Position numbers and translations under genes: made by a program. Under the pieces are notes generated by a model, which was not told where the DNA came from, searched no databases, and saw nothing but the letters and a program-made list of their open reading frames with translations. From the NCBI GenBank assembly GCA_030040515.1, contig JASHTO010000348.1, positions 1 through 49,823 of the forward strand: a stretch of 49,823 nt of DNA, in the 5' to 3' direction. This document shows, piece by piece, positions 1 to 8,953 of the stretch (within the stretch, counting starts at the first letter, position 1; the number at the start of each line of letters is the position of its first letter). The stretch is from Terriglobia bacterium. GTDB lineage: Bacteria; Acidobacteriota; Terriglobia; UBA7540.

Positions 1-91
1 GGATGGCGCGGTAGGGGTGCGCTTCGCCGCACCCGATCAGGTTGTCCATTTTATCCGCAGCAACCAGTGTTGAGGGGAGGATAGTTCTATT

Positions 92-2146
92 ATGATGAAT
101 AAACTTTTCGGATTATTTTGTGCGCTCATGTTATCCAGCGCGATAGCAGCGCCGGCCGGTCCGGCTCTCACGCCCTATCCGAATCAAATCGAGATCGGCT
201 CAGGCATTTTCAAGACCGGGCGGAGCGTCGCCATTGATGTTGCGGGCAACAATGAGGATGACCGCTTCGCCGCGTCGCTGCTCGCCGAGGACTTGAAAAC
301 TCTGGACGGTGTGGATACGGCCGGCCGGAAGGGCGCCGCGCGCATTGTTCTGGCGCGGGCCGACAGCGGCGCGGGGAAACAGATTCTGGACAAGTCGGGA
401 TTGCAGCTTCCTGAGGCGGCGGAGGAAGAGGGCTACGTTCTGTGGGTCACGCCGCGCGAAGCTTCTGTCGTCGCGAAGACAGCGGCGGGCATCTTCTACG
501 GCGTCCAGACGCTCCGCCAGTTGTTTCATCCCTCGACGGACGGTGGAGCAGAGTCGCAGGAAGTGCGCATCGTCGATTGGCCGGCTGTCCGCTGGCGCGG
601 GGTGAGCCTGGACATCAGCCGCGGGCCGATACCAACCACCGCGTCCTTCAAGCGGGAGATTGCGCTACTGGCGGAGTACAAGATCAACGTGGTCTCACCC
701 TACATGGAGAACACCTACGCCTATCCGAGCCTGCCGAACGTGGCGTTTCCCGGCGCGGCGATCACGCCCGACGAGGCCAAGGAGCTTGTGACCTACGCCG
801 CGCAGTATCACGTGATCATCCTGCCGGAGCAGGAATCGTTCGGCCACCTGCACCTGGCGCTTCAGGAGGAGCGCTATCAGGACCTGGCGGAAGTGCCCTA
901 CGGCCACGTGCTCACGCCCACAGCGCCGGGCTCGTTCACGTTCATCGGCAGCATGTTTCACGACCTGGCGGCGGCGTTCCCCGGGCCCTTCTTCCACATC
1001 GGCGCGGATGAAACGCAGGAGTTGGGCGAGGGCCGCACCAAATCCGACGTGGATGCCCAGGGCTACGGCAAGGTCTACATCGATTACCTGCGCAAGATTG
1101 ATGAGACGCTCGCGCCCTATCATCGCAAAGTCCTGTTCTGGGGCGACATGGGCGTTCAGCACCCCGAGCACCTTCAGGATTTGCCGCACGATATGGTCGC
1201 CGTGGCTTGGGATTACGGCGCCCGGCCGTCATTTGTGAATCTCATCAAGCCCTTTCGCGACGTGGGGCTTGAAACCTGGGTGGCGCCCGGCGTGAGCAAC
1301 TGGAGCCGCATCTATCCTGACTATCCCACCGCGCTCGCTAACATCCGGCAATTCGTGACCGACGGGAAGGCGCTCGGCGCGACCGGCGTACTGAACACCA
1401 CGTGGATGGATGATGGCGAGGGAATGATCAACTTCACCTGGTACGGGCTTGCTTACGGCGCTGCGCAAAGCTGGCAGAAGACTGTGGACGACGACCAGTT
1501 CGACGACAGTTGGGATTGGACGTTCTATCGCGCCGATGAGCACCACTTCGTGGGCGAGGTGAAAAGTCTCGGCCAAATTCACAACCTGCTGCGCCAGGCG
1601 ATTCACACGGACGGCAACGACTCGCTGATCTGGCACGACGCCCTGAGCGCCGAAGGGCAGAGCTTCTACCTGCCGCTTGAGCCCGCCGCGCACCAGATTC
1701 GCCTGACCGCCGAAGACGTGGAAGCCGACCTTTTGACGAACGAGCACCTGGCGCACCGCAATGGCGACCTGCTGGATTACACGGAATTCGCGGCGCGGCG
1801 GTTTGATTACCTCGGGCAGAAGGCGATTTATTCAAAGTATATCGCGGACCTCTACGCCCAGGCGCAGGCGAGCACGGCAAAGCCCTCCGCCGTCCGCCAG
1901 ATTCTGGGCCGCATCAATGGCGGCAACAGCCTGATTCAGGATATGCGCGGGCAGACCTACATTCTGCGCGATATGTACCAGAAACTGTGGCTGGGTGAGA
2001 ATCGCCCGTATTACCTGGGCAACATTCTGTCGCGATACGACGAGGAGGAGCGGCGCTGGGAGGCCGCGTCAGACCGCCTCAGCAAGGATCGGATGCTTTT
2101 TGAGCATCCGACGCTGCCGCCGCTGATCGGGCCGGCGGAAAAGTAG
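92..2146 (+). CDS. Secreted glycoside hydrolase family 20 beta-N-acetylhexosaminidase-like protein
   Basis: 684-aa ORF. ATG at 92 lies 11 nt after GAGGGGAGG. N-terminal signal peptide ([18 protein letters not shown]). GH20-type motifs '[12 protein letters not shown]' and 'FFHIGADE' (H-x-G-x-D-E catalytic pair). Confidence 0.8.
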   Translation: MMNKLFGLFCALMLSSAIAAPAGPALTPYPNQIEIGSGIFKTGRSVAIDVAGNNEDDRFAASLLAEDLKTLDGVDTAGRKGAARIVLARADSGAGKQILDKSGLQLPEAAEEEGYVLWVTPREASVVAKTAAGIFYGVQTLRQLFHPSTDGGAESQEVRIVDWPAVRWRGVSLDISRGPIPTTASFKREIALLAEYKINVVSPYMENTYAYPSLPNVAFPGAAITPDEAKELVTYAAQYHVIILPEQESFGHLHLALQEERYQDLAEVPYGHVLTPTAPGSFTFIGSMFHDLAAAFPGPFFHIGADETQELGEGRTKSDVDAQGYGKVYIDYLRKIDETLAPYHRKVLFWGDMGVQHPEHLQDLPHDMVAVAWDYGARPSFVNLIKPFRDVGLETWVAPGVSNWSRIYPDYPTALANIRQFVTDGKALGATGVLNTTWMDDGEGMINFTWYGLAYGAAQSWQKTVDDDQFDDSWDWTFYRADEHHFVGEVKSLGQIHNLLRQAIHTDGNDSLIWHDALSAEGQSFYLPLEPAAHQIRLTAEDVEADLLTNEHLAHRNGDLLDYTEFAARRFDYLGQKAIYSKYIADLYAQAQASTAKPSAVRQILGRINGGNSLIQDMRGQTYILRDMYQKLWLGENRPYYLGNILSRYDEEERRWEAASDRLSKDRMLFEHPTLPPLIGPAEK

Positions 2147-2150
2147 TCCG

Positions 2151-2376
2151 CCGGCCGGCGCAGACTCCTGGGGTAGGGAGTCTGCGATCTCGAACTGACG
2201 CTTATCTTGCAGTTTCAAACGCAGAGATTGAAATGCATCTCTGCGCCAGCCGCGATTCCGCTGGCTGGCGCAGACTCCTGGGGTAGGGAGTCTGCGATCT
2301 CGAACTGACGCCTATCTTGCAGTTTCAAACGCAGAGATTGGAAGGCATCTCTGCGCCGGCCGCGATTCCGTGGCTG
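2151..2376. repeat. Tandem direct repeat, 2 x 110 nt plus the start of a third unit; each unit holds two perfect stem-loops
   Basis: Units 2151-2260 and 2261-2370 differ at 6 of 110 positions. Each contains GCAGACTCC-N8-GGAGTCTGC and GCAGAGAT-N8-ATCTCTGC. The loop of the second hairpin differs between copies (tgaaatgc vs tggaaggc) while the stems are intact. Located in the convergent intergenic gap 2147-2572. Confidence 0.9.
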
Positions 2377-2543
2377 CTCATGGCTCGCGAAACCAATCCC
2401 TCAACCCACTCACGTTCGCTATTCCATCGTCGCCCTGGCCACGTCGGTCAATCTGCTTTGCTACTCCGACTGGACGGCGATTGCCGTGGCGGCGCCGGTG
2501 TTTCAGAAGGAGTTGGGCTTCGCTCCGGCGCGCCCCTATGTTT

Positions 2544-2568
2544 CAGCGCTCATAGAGCGCCGCTACAA
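2544..2568. repeat. REP-like palindromic unit (single-hairpin copy), possible terminator for the minus-strand gene ending at 2573
   Basis: GCGCTC-ATA-GAGCGC followed by CGCTACAAT. The reverse complement (ATTGTAGCGGCGCTCTATGAGCGCTG) matches 24 of 26 nt of the element at 38329-38378. Confidence 0.6.
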
Positions 2569-2572
2569 TCGA

Positions 2573-3829
2573 TTAATAGCGCTTGAAGCGCATTTGCACT
2601 TCCACGGGCTTGCCGGTGAGTTCGATGGGTTTACGAATGATGAGGGAATTGTCACGGCCGTCGCGCGCGAGCCACAGGCCTTTGGGATTGTCGGGCGCAA
2701 GACCTTTGGGCGCGTGGACGTAAATGCCGCCCTCGTGCCCGGCGGGCCGCTGGGCGCGGATGGTGAGCGTCATGGCGTCCTGGTCCCAATTGCAATCGAG
2801 AATCTCCGCCTGGCCCTGCCGCACGTGCATATCCGTCGAAATCAGCCAGGGATGATCGCGATACGGCGCGATGCGCAGCAGCTTGACGCTGTCGGGCGGG
2901 ACTTCGACGGAAATCGAGCCGCTGGTTTCAACGCCCTGATAGCGCAGGTTCCAGAAATCGAAGACGGAGTACTGGCCCTTGGGGTCGAGCTTCAGGCGTT
3001 CGAGCGGAAACGTGCGGGCCATGGTGTGGTCGCTCAGGTTGAAGACGGCAAGCAAGTCCCGGTATTCCCACTCGCGCTCGACTTTCATGTGAAAGACCTG
3101 GGGGTAATCGAGCTCGGCGTAATCGAACAGGTCGAGCGGGCGCGCGCACTCGGGCAGGCGCGGGAAGATCATGCGGACCATCAACATGCGGTCTTCATCC
3201 ATGCGGTCAACGTCGTCGCCGAGCATCACGGGCCCGCCGTTGATGCCGAAGATGGTCACGCTGATCTGCGCGTCGCCGAGGGGAATGGGCTTGTCGATGG
3301 TCATCACGCTGCCGCTGTCGGCCAGATAGAGCTTGCGGTGGGCAAAGTAATAAATCAGCGAGCAGAGTCCGGTGCGGTGTGAGGTCCAGTAATCGGGCTT
3401 GTTGATGACGAACGTGCCGGGATAGAAGCCCTTGTTGGGTCCGTAGCGCGCGCGACCCTCGCCCAGCTTGAGCGGCTGATGGCCGCGATTCTCAATCCTG
3501 GAGCTGACGATCAGTGCCTGGCCGTCGGATTCCCAACTGAATTGAACTTGCCACTCGATTGCGGGTGATTGAAACGTGAATTTGGCTTCGCCGGTTTCTT
3601 CGCCGCTCCACTCCGCGTGAGAGGCATCATCCGCCCAGTGGGTGATGCCATCAATTTCAATTCCCATGCGAACGTTTTTGAGCCCGATATCTCCGGGAAT
3701 CGAGTATCGCCGGGTTTTCAGACCGAATAGAAATCGGCCTATAGCCGCTGCGGGCGTTTTGCCGGTAGCCAACTTCGCACCCGCCACGGCCGCGAAATAG
3801 GCCGTGGGGAAGAAATCTCCGCGGTTCAT
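2573..3829 (-). CDS. Hypothetical protein, glycoside-hydrolase-like (GH27/GH36 alpha-galactosidase-like C-terminal region); possibly truncated
   Basis: 418-aa ORF, the longest frame here (the antisense 2486-3382 ORF is judged a GC shadow). 'GGPVMLGDDVDRMDEDRMLMVRMIFPRLP' and the downstream beta-sandwich-like tail resemble melibiase-type enzymes. No clear full TIM-barrel length and a weak RBS. Confidence 0.4.
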   Translation of the reverse strand: MNRGDFFPTAYFAAVAGAKLATGKTPAAAIGRFLFGLKTRRYSIPGDIGLKNVRMGIEIDGITHWADDASHAEWSGEETGEAKFTFQSPAIEWQVQFSWESDGQALIVSSRIENRGHQPLKLGEGRARYGPNKGFYPGTFVINKPDYWTSHRTGLCSLIYYFAHRKLYLADSGSVMTIDKPIPLGDAQISVTIFGINGGPVMLGDDVDRMDEDRMLMVRMIFPRLPECARPLDLFDYAELDYPQVFHMKVEREWEYRDLLAVFNLSDHTMARTFPLERLKLDPKGQYSVFDFWNLRYQGVETSGSISVEVPPDSVKLLRIAPYRDHPWLISTDMHVRQGQAEILDCNWDQDAMTLTIRAQRPAGHEGGIYVHAPKGLAPDNPKGLWLARDGRDNSLIIRKPIELTGKPVEVQMRFKRY

Positions 3830-4277
3830 CTTTATGCGGAATTGCTCTCCTCAAGTTCTTGGGGGAAGAGGGCGCTTCGAGTGGCCCTGGAGCGCAAGCG
3901 AAGCGCTTGTCCAGCGCGCCGCACACCAGCCATTGAAAAGTGGCACTCCCGCCGCCGAGGAGGTATGGAGGTACGTCTCCACGGCCTCATAGCCGAAGAA
4001 AAATGGTCGATGTATCATTCGGCGGGATTGCGAAAACTTCCTTACCAAGGGTTCTGAAAAATGGTCTACTGTGGTTATGCTATTCCTCTTGGGTGGTCTT
4101 GCCAAGGTAACATCGTCCTTCCAGTACTGGGAAAGCACCTAAAAAATTCATATGGCCTTTGATTGGTCTAATGTGGACCAAAATTGGGGCAGAGGATTGG
4201 CGCCCGTTGCGGTCCAATGATGTGCCCCTCGGAGGCGCGAATGTTCAAATGGCCACTAGCTGCAAGGGCCTTCCGGC

Positions 4278-5390
4278 CTACCTTAACGGCGTTCTGGGGT
4301 ATTCAGGACTTCGGTTGGGGGCATTTCTTTCCGCATAGGCGGGCAGAGGCGGCGCCGCGTGGGCGCCTTCCTGGTACCAGAATGCCACGCTGGTGTAATC
4401 GTCATGGCTGGGCACTTGTTTGCCGTCTTCATTGCGCTGATTCTGGATTTCAACTTTGAGGGATTTCTGAAAGCGCACGGGATTGGCGAGATACCATCGG
4501 TACATGCGGTTCTGCCCTTCATCCATTTGAATATATCCGCTGTAGATGTACGAGTAGGTATGCTCAAAACCCCAGCAGGACCCGTATTCGTCCTCCGTCC
4601 CCGGAGTGTGGGTGACGGAATTCCCATCAACGTGGAAGATGGTATCGCCTTCGCCCCACCAACCTTGATACCGGGTGTCCACTTGAAGGAAATTGCCGAT
4701 GTACTGGCCGGTGCCTTTGATTTCCAGCAAATTGTGCATGCCGTCCGTGGGATTCGAGCGGTTCCAGGCGGCGTGCAGACGGCTTTTTTCGTCGGCGAAG
4801 GCGGGGTCAGACTCATAATCGATGCCATACGCCACGGAGCGAATGTATTCTTCGTCGCCGTCATTCGCTAGCACCCAGCGCGCCCGGCGCGAAAAGGGCA
4901 TGGGAAGATAACACATGAAATTGTAGTGATTGATCTGCATGGGCAGCGACTGATATTCGATGGCTTTGTGGTTGAAGACTCCGAAGAAAGCCCAAAGCGG
5001 GACGCGAATGCTGGGCTCGGGGGCGTCATCCCAATACACTTTCAGCACCAGCCCCGCGTACATCGCACCCGAGCCATCTGTTCCGTGCTTGTAGCTGCTA
5101 TCGGTGAAATAGAAGTAGGTGATTTTGCCGGGCCCCGCAATGTCCGCCAGCACGTACTCTTTCCCGGGTGGCAAGTCGATTTGGTGATACTCCACATGGC
5201 TGGCGAATGAGCCGTGGGTGATGCGAAAGATGTCATTCACCTGGGCCCATGTGCGTGAGCCGGAAATCATCGTGAACGCCCAGGTCAACATCAGGAGTTT
5301 GGCAAACGTCGGCCACGAGTTATGCCTCAGATCCGGGTCAGACGGCGCTATCCTCTGGCAATGTTCCGCATACTTGAGACAATTCAACAT
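4278..5390 (-). CDS. DUF2961 / GH172-family protein
   Basis: 370-aa ORF. 'QGWWGEGDTIFHVDG...TPGTEDEYGSCWGF' matches the GEGD...DG...GTEDY signature remembered for DUF2961. Start is uncertain; an in-frame Met at 5291 would give a signal-like N-terminus. Confidence 0.65.
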   Translation of the reverse strand: MLNCLKYAEHCQRIAPSDPDLRHNSWPTFAKLLMLTWAFTMISGSRTWAQVNDIFRITHGSFASHVEYHQIDLPPGKEYVLADIAGPGKITYFYFTDSSYKHGTDGSGAMYAGLVLKVYWDDAPEPSIRVPLWAFFGVFNHKAIEYQSLPMQINHYNFMCYLPMPFSRRARWVLANDGDEEYIRSVAYGIDYESDPAFADEKSRLHAAWNRSNPTDGMHNLLEIKGTGQYIGNFLQVDTRYQGWWGEGDTIFHVDGNSVTHTPGTEDEYGSCWGFEHTYSYIYSGYIQMDEGQNRMYRWYLANPVRFQKSLKVEIQNQRNEDGKQVPSHDDYTSVAFWYQEGAHAAPPLPAYAERNAPNRSPEYPRTPLR

Positions 5391-5929
5391 GTGGGTTCTC
5401 CCTCAGGGCGGGATGAATATCAGATTCCCACACTTCATTGCAACACAGTAATAACGAGATTCAATTTGGCGGAACTCAGTGATGGCCGAGCACAAGGCAT
5501 CGAGCGCGGCTACGACTCCGAATTGCGCCACAGCCAGCGCGCCTGTGGGAACGGCATCGGTGCAGGGCGATAGGTTCTGTAATCCCTTTTTGCGGGAGCA
5601 AGAGGCTCGTGCTACGGACTAATAGGTTTTAGAGAAGGTAAACCTGGGGTGCCAGTGCCATTATCTAAAGATAGTCCACCGATACCTTGTCAAGATTCTC
5701 CGAGCATTGGGAAGTCCATTGTTCAGCCACAGGGTGCCATGGATCGCGGGGAGGGTGCTATATCTCGATAGTGATAAAAATAAATATTTTCCTTGAAGAC
5801 CTGCGGGGTTTAGGTTAATCTTTAGTTGTTCCTGAAGTTTGAATGTGATAAAGCAGCGAGGAGGGTCAACCCTACCCCCCTCGATTTGCCATTTCCAAGC
5901 ACGTTTCCCCGCCCACGCCAAGGGAGATA

Positions 5930-7840
5930 GTGCTATTCGTATGTCACCCCAACGGACACGGCGAGTGGTGCTGCATGAGCATGCGCGGTATGTTGCTCGA
6001 AGACAGGGGAATGGGGATGAAGCGAGGATCCCGTGATCAGGACTATTTGCTTGCGCATGCCTGCTTAGTAATTGCCTTTGCCTGCCTCCTTACCAGCTAC
6101 CTTTATCCTGCCGTTCTGGGTAAGCATGCAACTTCTTGCCGGGTTTTGATTTTCATTTATTTCGCTTACGCCATTTTGAACTTGGGCGTTGTTCTGCTCA
6201 GGAGGCCGATCAGCCTGGTGTGGCGCTTGAGCTTGCACGCAGCCGACATCGTCGTCGCATCGTCAATTATTTTACTGACCGGGGGAGCCCACAGCCCCTT
6301 TCTGCCGCTTTACTTTTTCGTGCTCCTCGCCGCGGCAAGCCGGTGGGGAGTTGCCGGGGCTTTCCCGACGCTCTGCGCCTGCATCATGGTCTTACTTTTG
6401 GAGTCTGCCGCGCCCTTTCCCTGGTCTGCGGGAATGCTGCACTGGACGGGGGGAAGCGGGTATTTGAACGCCATCATCGCCCTTCTGGTGCTTTCGGCTT
6501 ATCTATTCGGATTGCTTTTGATGGACCGGGAGAAGAAGCTGCATGCGGAAGCTGGCATCGTCACCCGGCTGGTGCGGCAGGCGCTCCACGAGCCGAGTTT
6601 GCGCGTCAATATCGGCAACATCCTGATTTCCGTGCGGGAGTATTTTGATGCGGATCAAGTGGGGCTGGTAACTCAGGAAATCAAAGCCGAGCAGGCCTTC
6701 TTATGGGAAGCGAGCCGGCCAAGTCCTGACCAGACCAACAATGAAGTCAAATCCTGGACGCTGACCGGGCTTAAGCGCGAGGCGTATTTCACCATGTTGC
6801 CGGAGGGGATGTGGCGGATGCTCGGGCTGCGGCGCATCGGGGGGGACCCGAAGCTTCGGGCGGAGGCCGCCGCGAGACGTGAAATTGAATTGCAGAGTCC
6901 GCTCCGCGCGGCGCTGGCCGGGTTCCTTGCTCCGGAGCAGGATTACGACGAACTCTACGACATGCGCATTGTCAGCGAACAGCACACGCCCTTCGGGGGG
7001 TTCGGTTCACTGCTGGCCACTTCGTTTTCGCTGGAGAAAAAGTGGTTTGGGCGCCTGACGGTCTACAACCCCGGGAAAAGCAGCGAGGCGAAGGGCAATT
7101 CCCGATTCCTTGCCTCCTTGATCCGCGAGGTTGGACCCGTTATTTACAACAAATTTCTGGTGAGTCGTCTGCGCTCAAGGGCGCAGGCACGGGAGCGGCT
7201 GCGCTTGGCGCAGGAATTGCACGACGGGGTCATACAATCGCTGATCGGGGTGGAAATGCAAATCGACCTCCTGCGGCGGGCTCAGGAAAGGTCGGCGAGC
7301 CCGGCTTTTTCGAACGGCGATTTGAAGCGCTTGCAAGAGGTTATTCACAACGAAATCGTGGATTTTCGGGAGCAGATGCAGCGCGTTAAACCGCTGGAGG
7401 TGGATCCCACGCACCTGTTGGACTGCATTGCCGGAACGGTTGAGAGGTTTCGGCGCGACCTGGGAATTTCAGCCAGTTTTGTCTCCGAAGCTGAGGAAGT
7501 TTCCCTTCCGCCCCGAGTATGTTCGGAGTTGGTGCGAATCGTGCAAGAGGCCCTGGCCAATATCCGCAAGCACAGCGGAGCACACAAGGTTCAAGTCGTT
7601 TTTGTGCGGGGGAATGAACACTGGAAACTCCGCGTGGAGGATGACGGCCGCGGTTTTGGTTTTGCCGGCCGCCTTACGTTGGCCGAGCTGGAACATGTTC
7701 CCGAGTGTCCAATTGTCATTAAGGAGAGGGTTCGGTCGATCGGAGGGGAACTGATGATTGAGTCCATCCCCGGTTCCGGCGCCAAATTGGAAGTATTGCT
7801 ACCCTTGGCCACAAATGGAAGATCAACTTACCCAAATTGA
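5930..7840 (+). CDS. Membrane sensor histidine kinase, NarL-partner (HisKA_3) type
   Basis: About 5-6 hydrophobic helices at the N-terminus and a GAF-like middle region. H-box 'AQELHDGVIQSL'. HATPase motifs 'QEALANIRKH', 'EDDGRGF', 'GGELMIESIPGSGAKL'. Start is uncertain (GTG 5930; in-frame ATGs at 5975 and 6017). Confidence 0.85.
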   Translation: MLFVCHPNGHGEWCCMSMRGMLLEDRGMGMKRGSRDQDYLLAHACLVIAFACLLTSYLYPAVLGKHATSCRVLIFIYFAYAILNLGVVLLRRPISLVWRLSLHAADIVVASSIILLTGGAHSPFLPLYFFVLLAAASRWGVAGAFPTLCACIMVLLLESAAPFPWSAGMLHWTGGSGYLNAIIALLVLSAYLFGLLLMDREKKLHAEAGIVTRLVRQALHEPSLRVNIGNILISVREYFDADQVGLVTQEIKAEQAFLWEASRPSPDQTNNEVKSWTLTGLKREAYFTMLPEGMWRMLGLRRIGGDPKLRAEAAARREIELQSPLRAALAGFLAPEQDYDELYDMRIVSEQHTPFGGFGSLLATSFSLEKKWFGRLTVYNPGKSSEAKGNSRFLASLIREVGPVIYNKFLVSRLRSRAQARERLRLAQELHDGVIQSLIGVEMQIDLLRRAQERSASPAFSNGDLKRLQEVIHNEIVDFREQMQRVKPLEVDPTHLLDCIAGTVERFRRDLGISASFVSEAEEVSLPPRVCSELVRIVQEALANIRKHSGAHKVQVVFVRGNEHWKLRVEDDGRGFGFAGRLTLAELEHVPECPIVIKERVRSIGGELMIESIPGSGAKLEVLLPLATNGRSTYPN

Positions 7841-8489
7841 AATCGTAATTTCGGATGACCACCCGGTTTTCCGTGACGGCTTGCGGAGATTGCTTGAGTC
7901 CGAGGAAGGGATCCGTGTTGTGGCGGAAGCCTGCGACGGCGAAGAAACCATCCGGTTGGTCCGTCAATACAAGCCCCGGATCCTGCTCCTGGACCTCGCC
8001 ATGCCGAAGGGCACCGGGCTTGAAACCCTTCGCGTCTTAAGCCAATCGGGGATTTCTACTCGAACCATCCTGCTTACCGCCTCGATAGAAAAGGAGCAAG
8101 TGCTTGAGGCGCTGCAATTGGGGGCGCGCGGAATAGTTCTGAAGGATTCCACGATACAGGTTATTTTGAAAAGCATCCGTTGTGTGAACGAAGAGCAATT
8201 TTGGGTGGGCCAGGAGAGCGTCTCAGACCTGATTCAAGCCCTGAGACGGTTGATGCCGCAGCACCGCGCCTCAGAGGCCAAGAAGAATTTTGGGCTTACC
8301 TCACGCGAATTACAGGTTATTGCCCTGATCGTCGCCGGCTACACCAATAAAGATCTCGCCACAAAGCTGGGCATTAGCGAACATACTGCCAAACACCACC
8401 TTACCAACATTTTTGACAAGCTGGGGGTTTCCAACCGCTTGGAATTGGTGCTATTTGCCATCAACCAACAGCTCATCAAAGAGGAATAG
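7815..8489 (+). CDS. Response regulator, NarL/LuxR family (REC + HTH)
   Basis: In-frame ATG at 7815 gives 'MEDQLTQIEIVISDDHPVFRDGL...LLLDLAMP' (REC domain). C-terminal 'LTSRELQVIALIVAGYTNKDLATKLGISEHTAKHHLTNIFDKLGVSNRLEL' (LuxR HTH). Overlaps the kinase stop by 26 nt. Confidence 0.9.
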   Translation: MEDQLTQIEIVISDDHPVFRDGLRRLLESEEGIRVVAEACDGEETIRLVRQYKPRILLLDLAMPKGTGLETLRVLSQSGISTRTILLTASIEKEQVLEALQLGARGIVLKDSTIQVILKSIRCVNEEQFWVGQESVSDLIQALRRLMPQHRASEAKKNFGLTSRELQVIALIVAGYTNKDLATKLGISEHTAKHHLTNIFDKLGVSNRLELVLFAINQQLIKEE

Positions 8490-8575
8490 CACCCACCCTG
8501 GACTTGGCCTGACCCTCATCTGACTCCAAGCGCACGTAACCCATTGAAACTAAAAAGCGTCTAGGTGCTAGCGGA

Positions 8576-8666
8576 CACGGTCCATTAGTGCTATTCCGAT
8601 TGTACCATCGGGCTATTGTCAGGGTTTTTTAATTCGCTAAGCTAGGGTGCCATGGCGTATGGTCCG
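8576..8666 (+). promoter_or_regulatory. Conserved intergenic box 1, copy A: sigma70-like promoter candidate (TTGTCA-N16-TAAGCT) with a conserved upstream half-site
   Basis: Collinear with 13556-13645. 16-nt identical core ATCGGGCTATTGTCAG (8607-8622). -35 TTGTCA at 8616-8621 and -10 TAAGCT at 8638-8643. Upstream CACGGNCCATTAGT is conserved. Confidence 0.5.
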
Positions 8667-8884
8667 TGGCCAGACGGTGCGGCCCATGGAGCGGAGAAAT
8701 CTGGGAAGCATACTTTGCGGGATAGCGGTTTGGACTAAGGCGTAATGACGTCGGATGCGCATTGTGGAGTCGTTGAGGTTTAAGGAACTTCCCTGTGCTC
8801 AACTGCCTCTACACCATGAATTGACACAGCGTTAGGCGTCAGTACTCGAGCGAATCATAGATCGGCTTACTGGGCAAGCTTAAT

Positions 8885-8911
8885 TGTAAGTCAAGGGGCG
8901 GAGCTTTATCT
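8885..8911 (+). promoter_or_regulatory. Conserved box 2, copy A (27 nt, 25/27 identical to 13889-13915): ops-like element or second promoter
   Basis: TGTAAGTCAAGGGGCGGAGCTTTATCT, 43 nt before the PilZ-like start codon. Contains GGCGGAGC (compare ops GGCGGTAGC). Also reads as TTGTAA-N17-TATCTG. Confidence 0.4.
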
Positions 8912-8953
8912 GGAATCTTAGAGGCTCCGCGTGGATGAACATACTTTGATTTC

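Noticed and set aside
1-49. Possible start of a minus-strand gene running off the left edge (ATG at 49-47, MDNLIGCGEAHPYRAI...)
   Set aside because: Only 16 codons are visible, with no clear RBS and no recognisable motif, so it cannot be supported.
2151-2376. Possible CRISPR array
   Set aside because: Only about two units, 110 nt long and directly abutting with no spacers. No cas genes in the window.
2486-3382. 298-aa plus-strand ORF antisense to the 2573-3829 gene
   Set aside because: No recognisable motifs and an Ala/Gly/Val/Arg-rich shadow composition. The minus-strand frame is longer and has GH-like motifs.
3851-4138. 95-aa minus-strand ORF in the gap between the two GH-like genes
   Set aside because: No RBS or motif. 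It is kept only as a possible remnant in the pseudogene hypothesis and is not called as a gene.
5651-5700. Possible third, diverged copy of box 1 (GCCATTA...TTGTCAAG) upstream of the histidine kinase
   Set aside because: Only the two short words match, their spacing differs by about 5 nt, and the 16-nt core is not conserved. This is compatible with chance.
8644-8953. c-di-GMP (GEMM-I/II) or other known riboswitch in the long leaders (also 13624-14108)
   Set aside because: I could not recognise the conserved GEMM cores or any other riboswitch consensus I know by eye. An Infernal/Rfam scan is needed before anything can be claimed.
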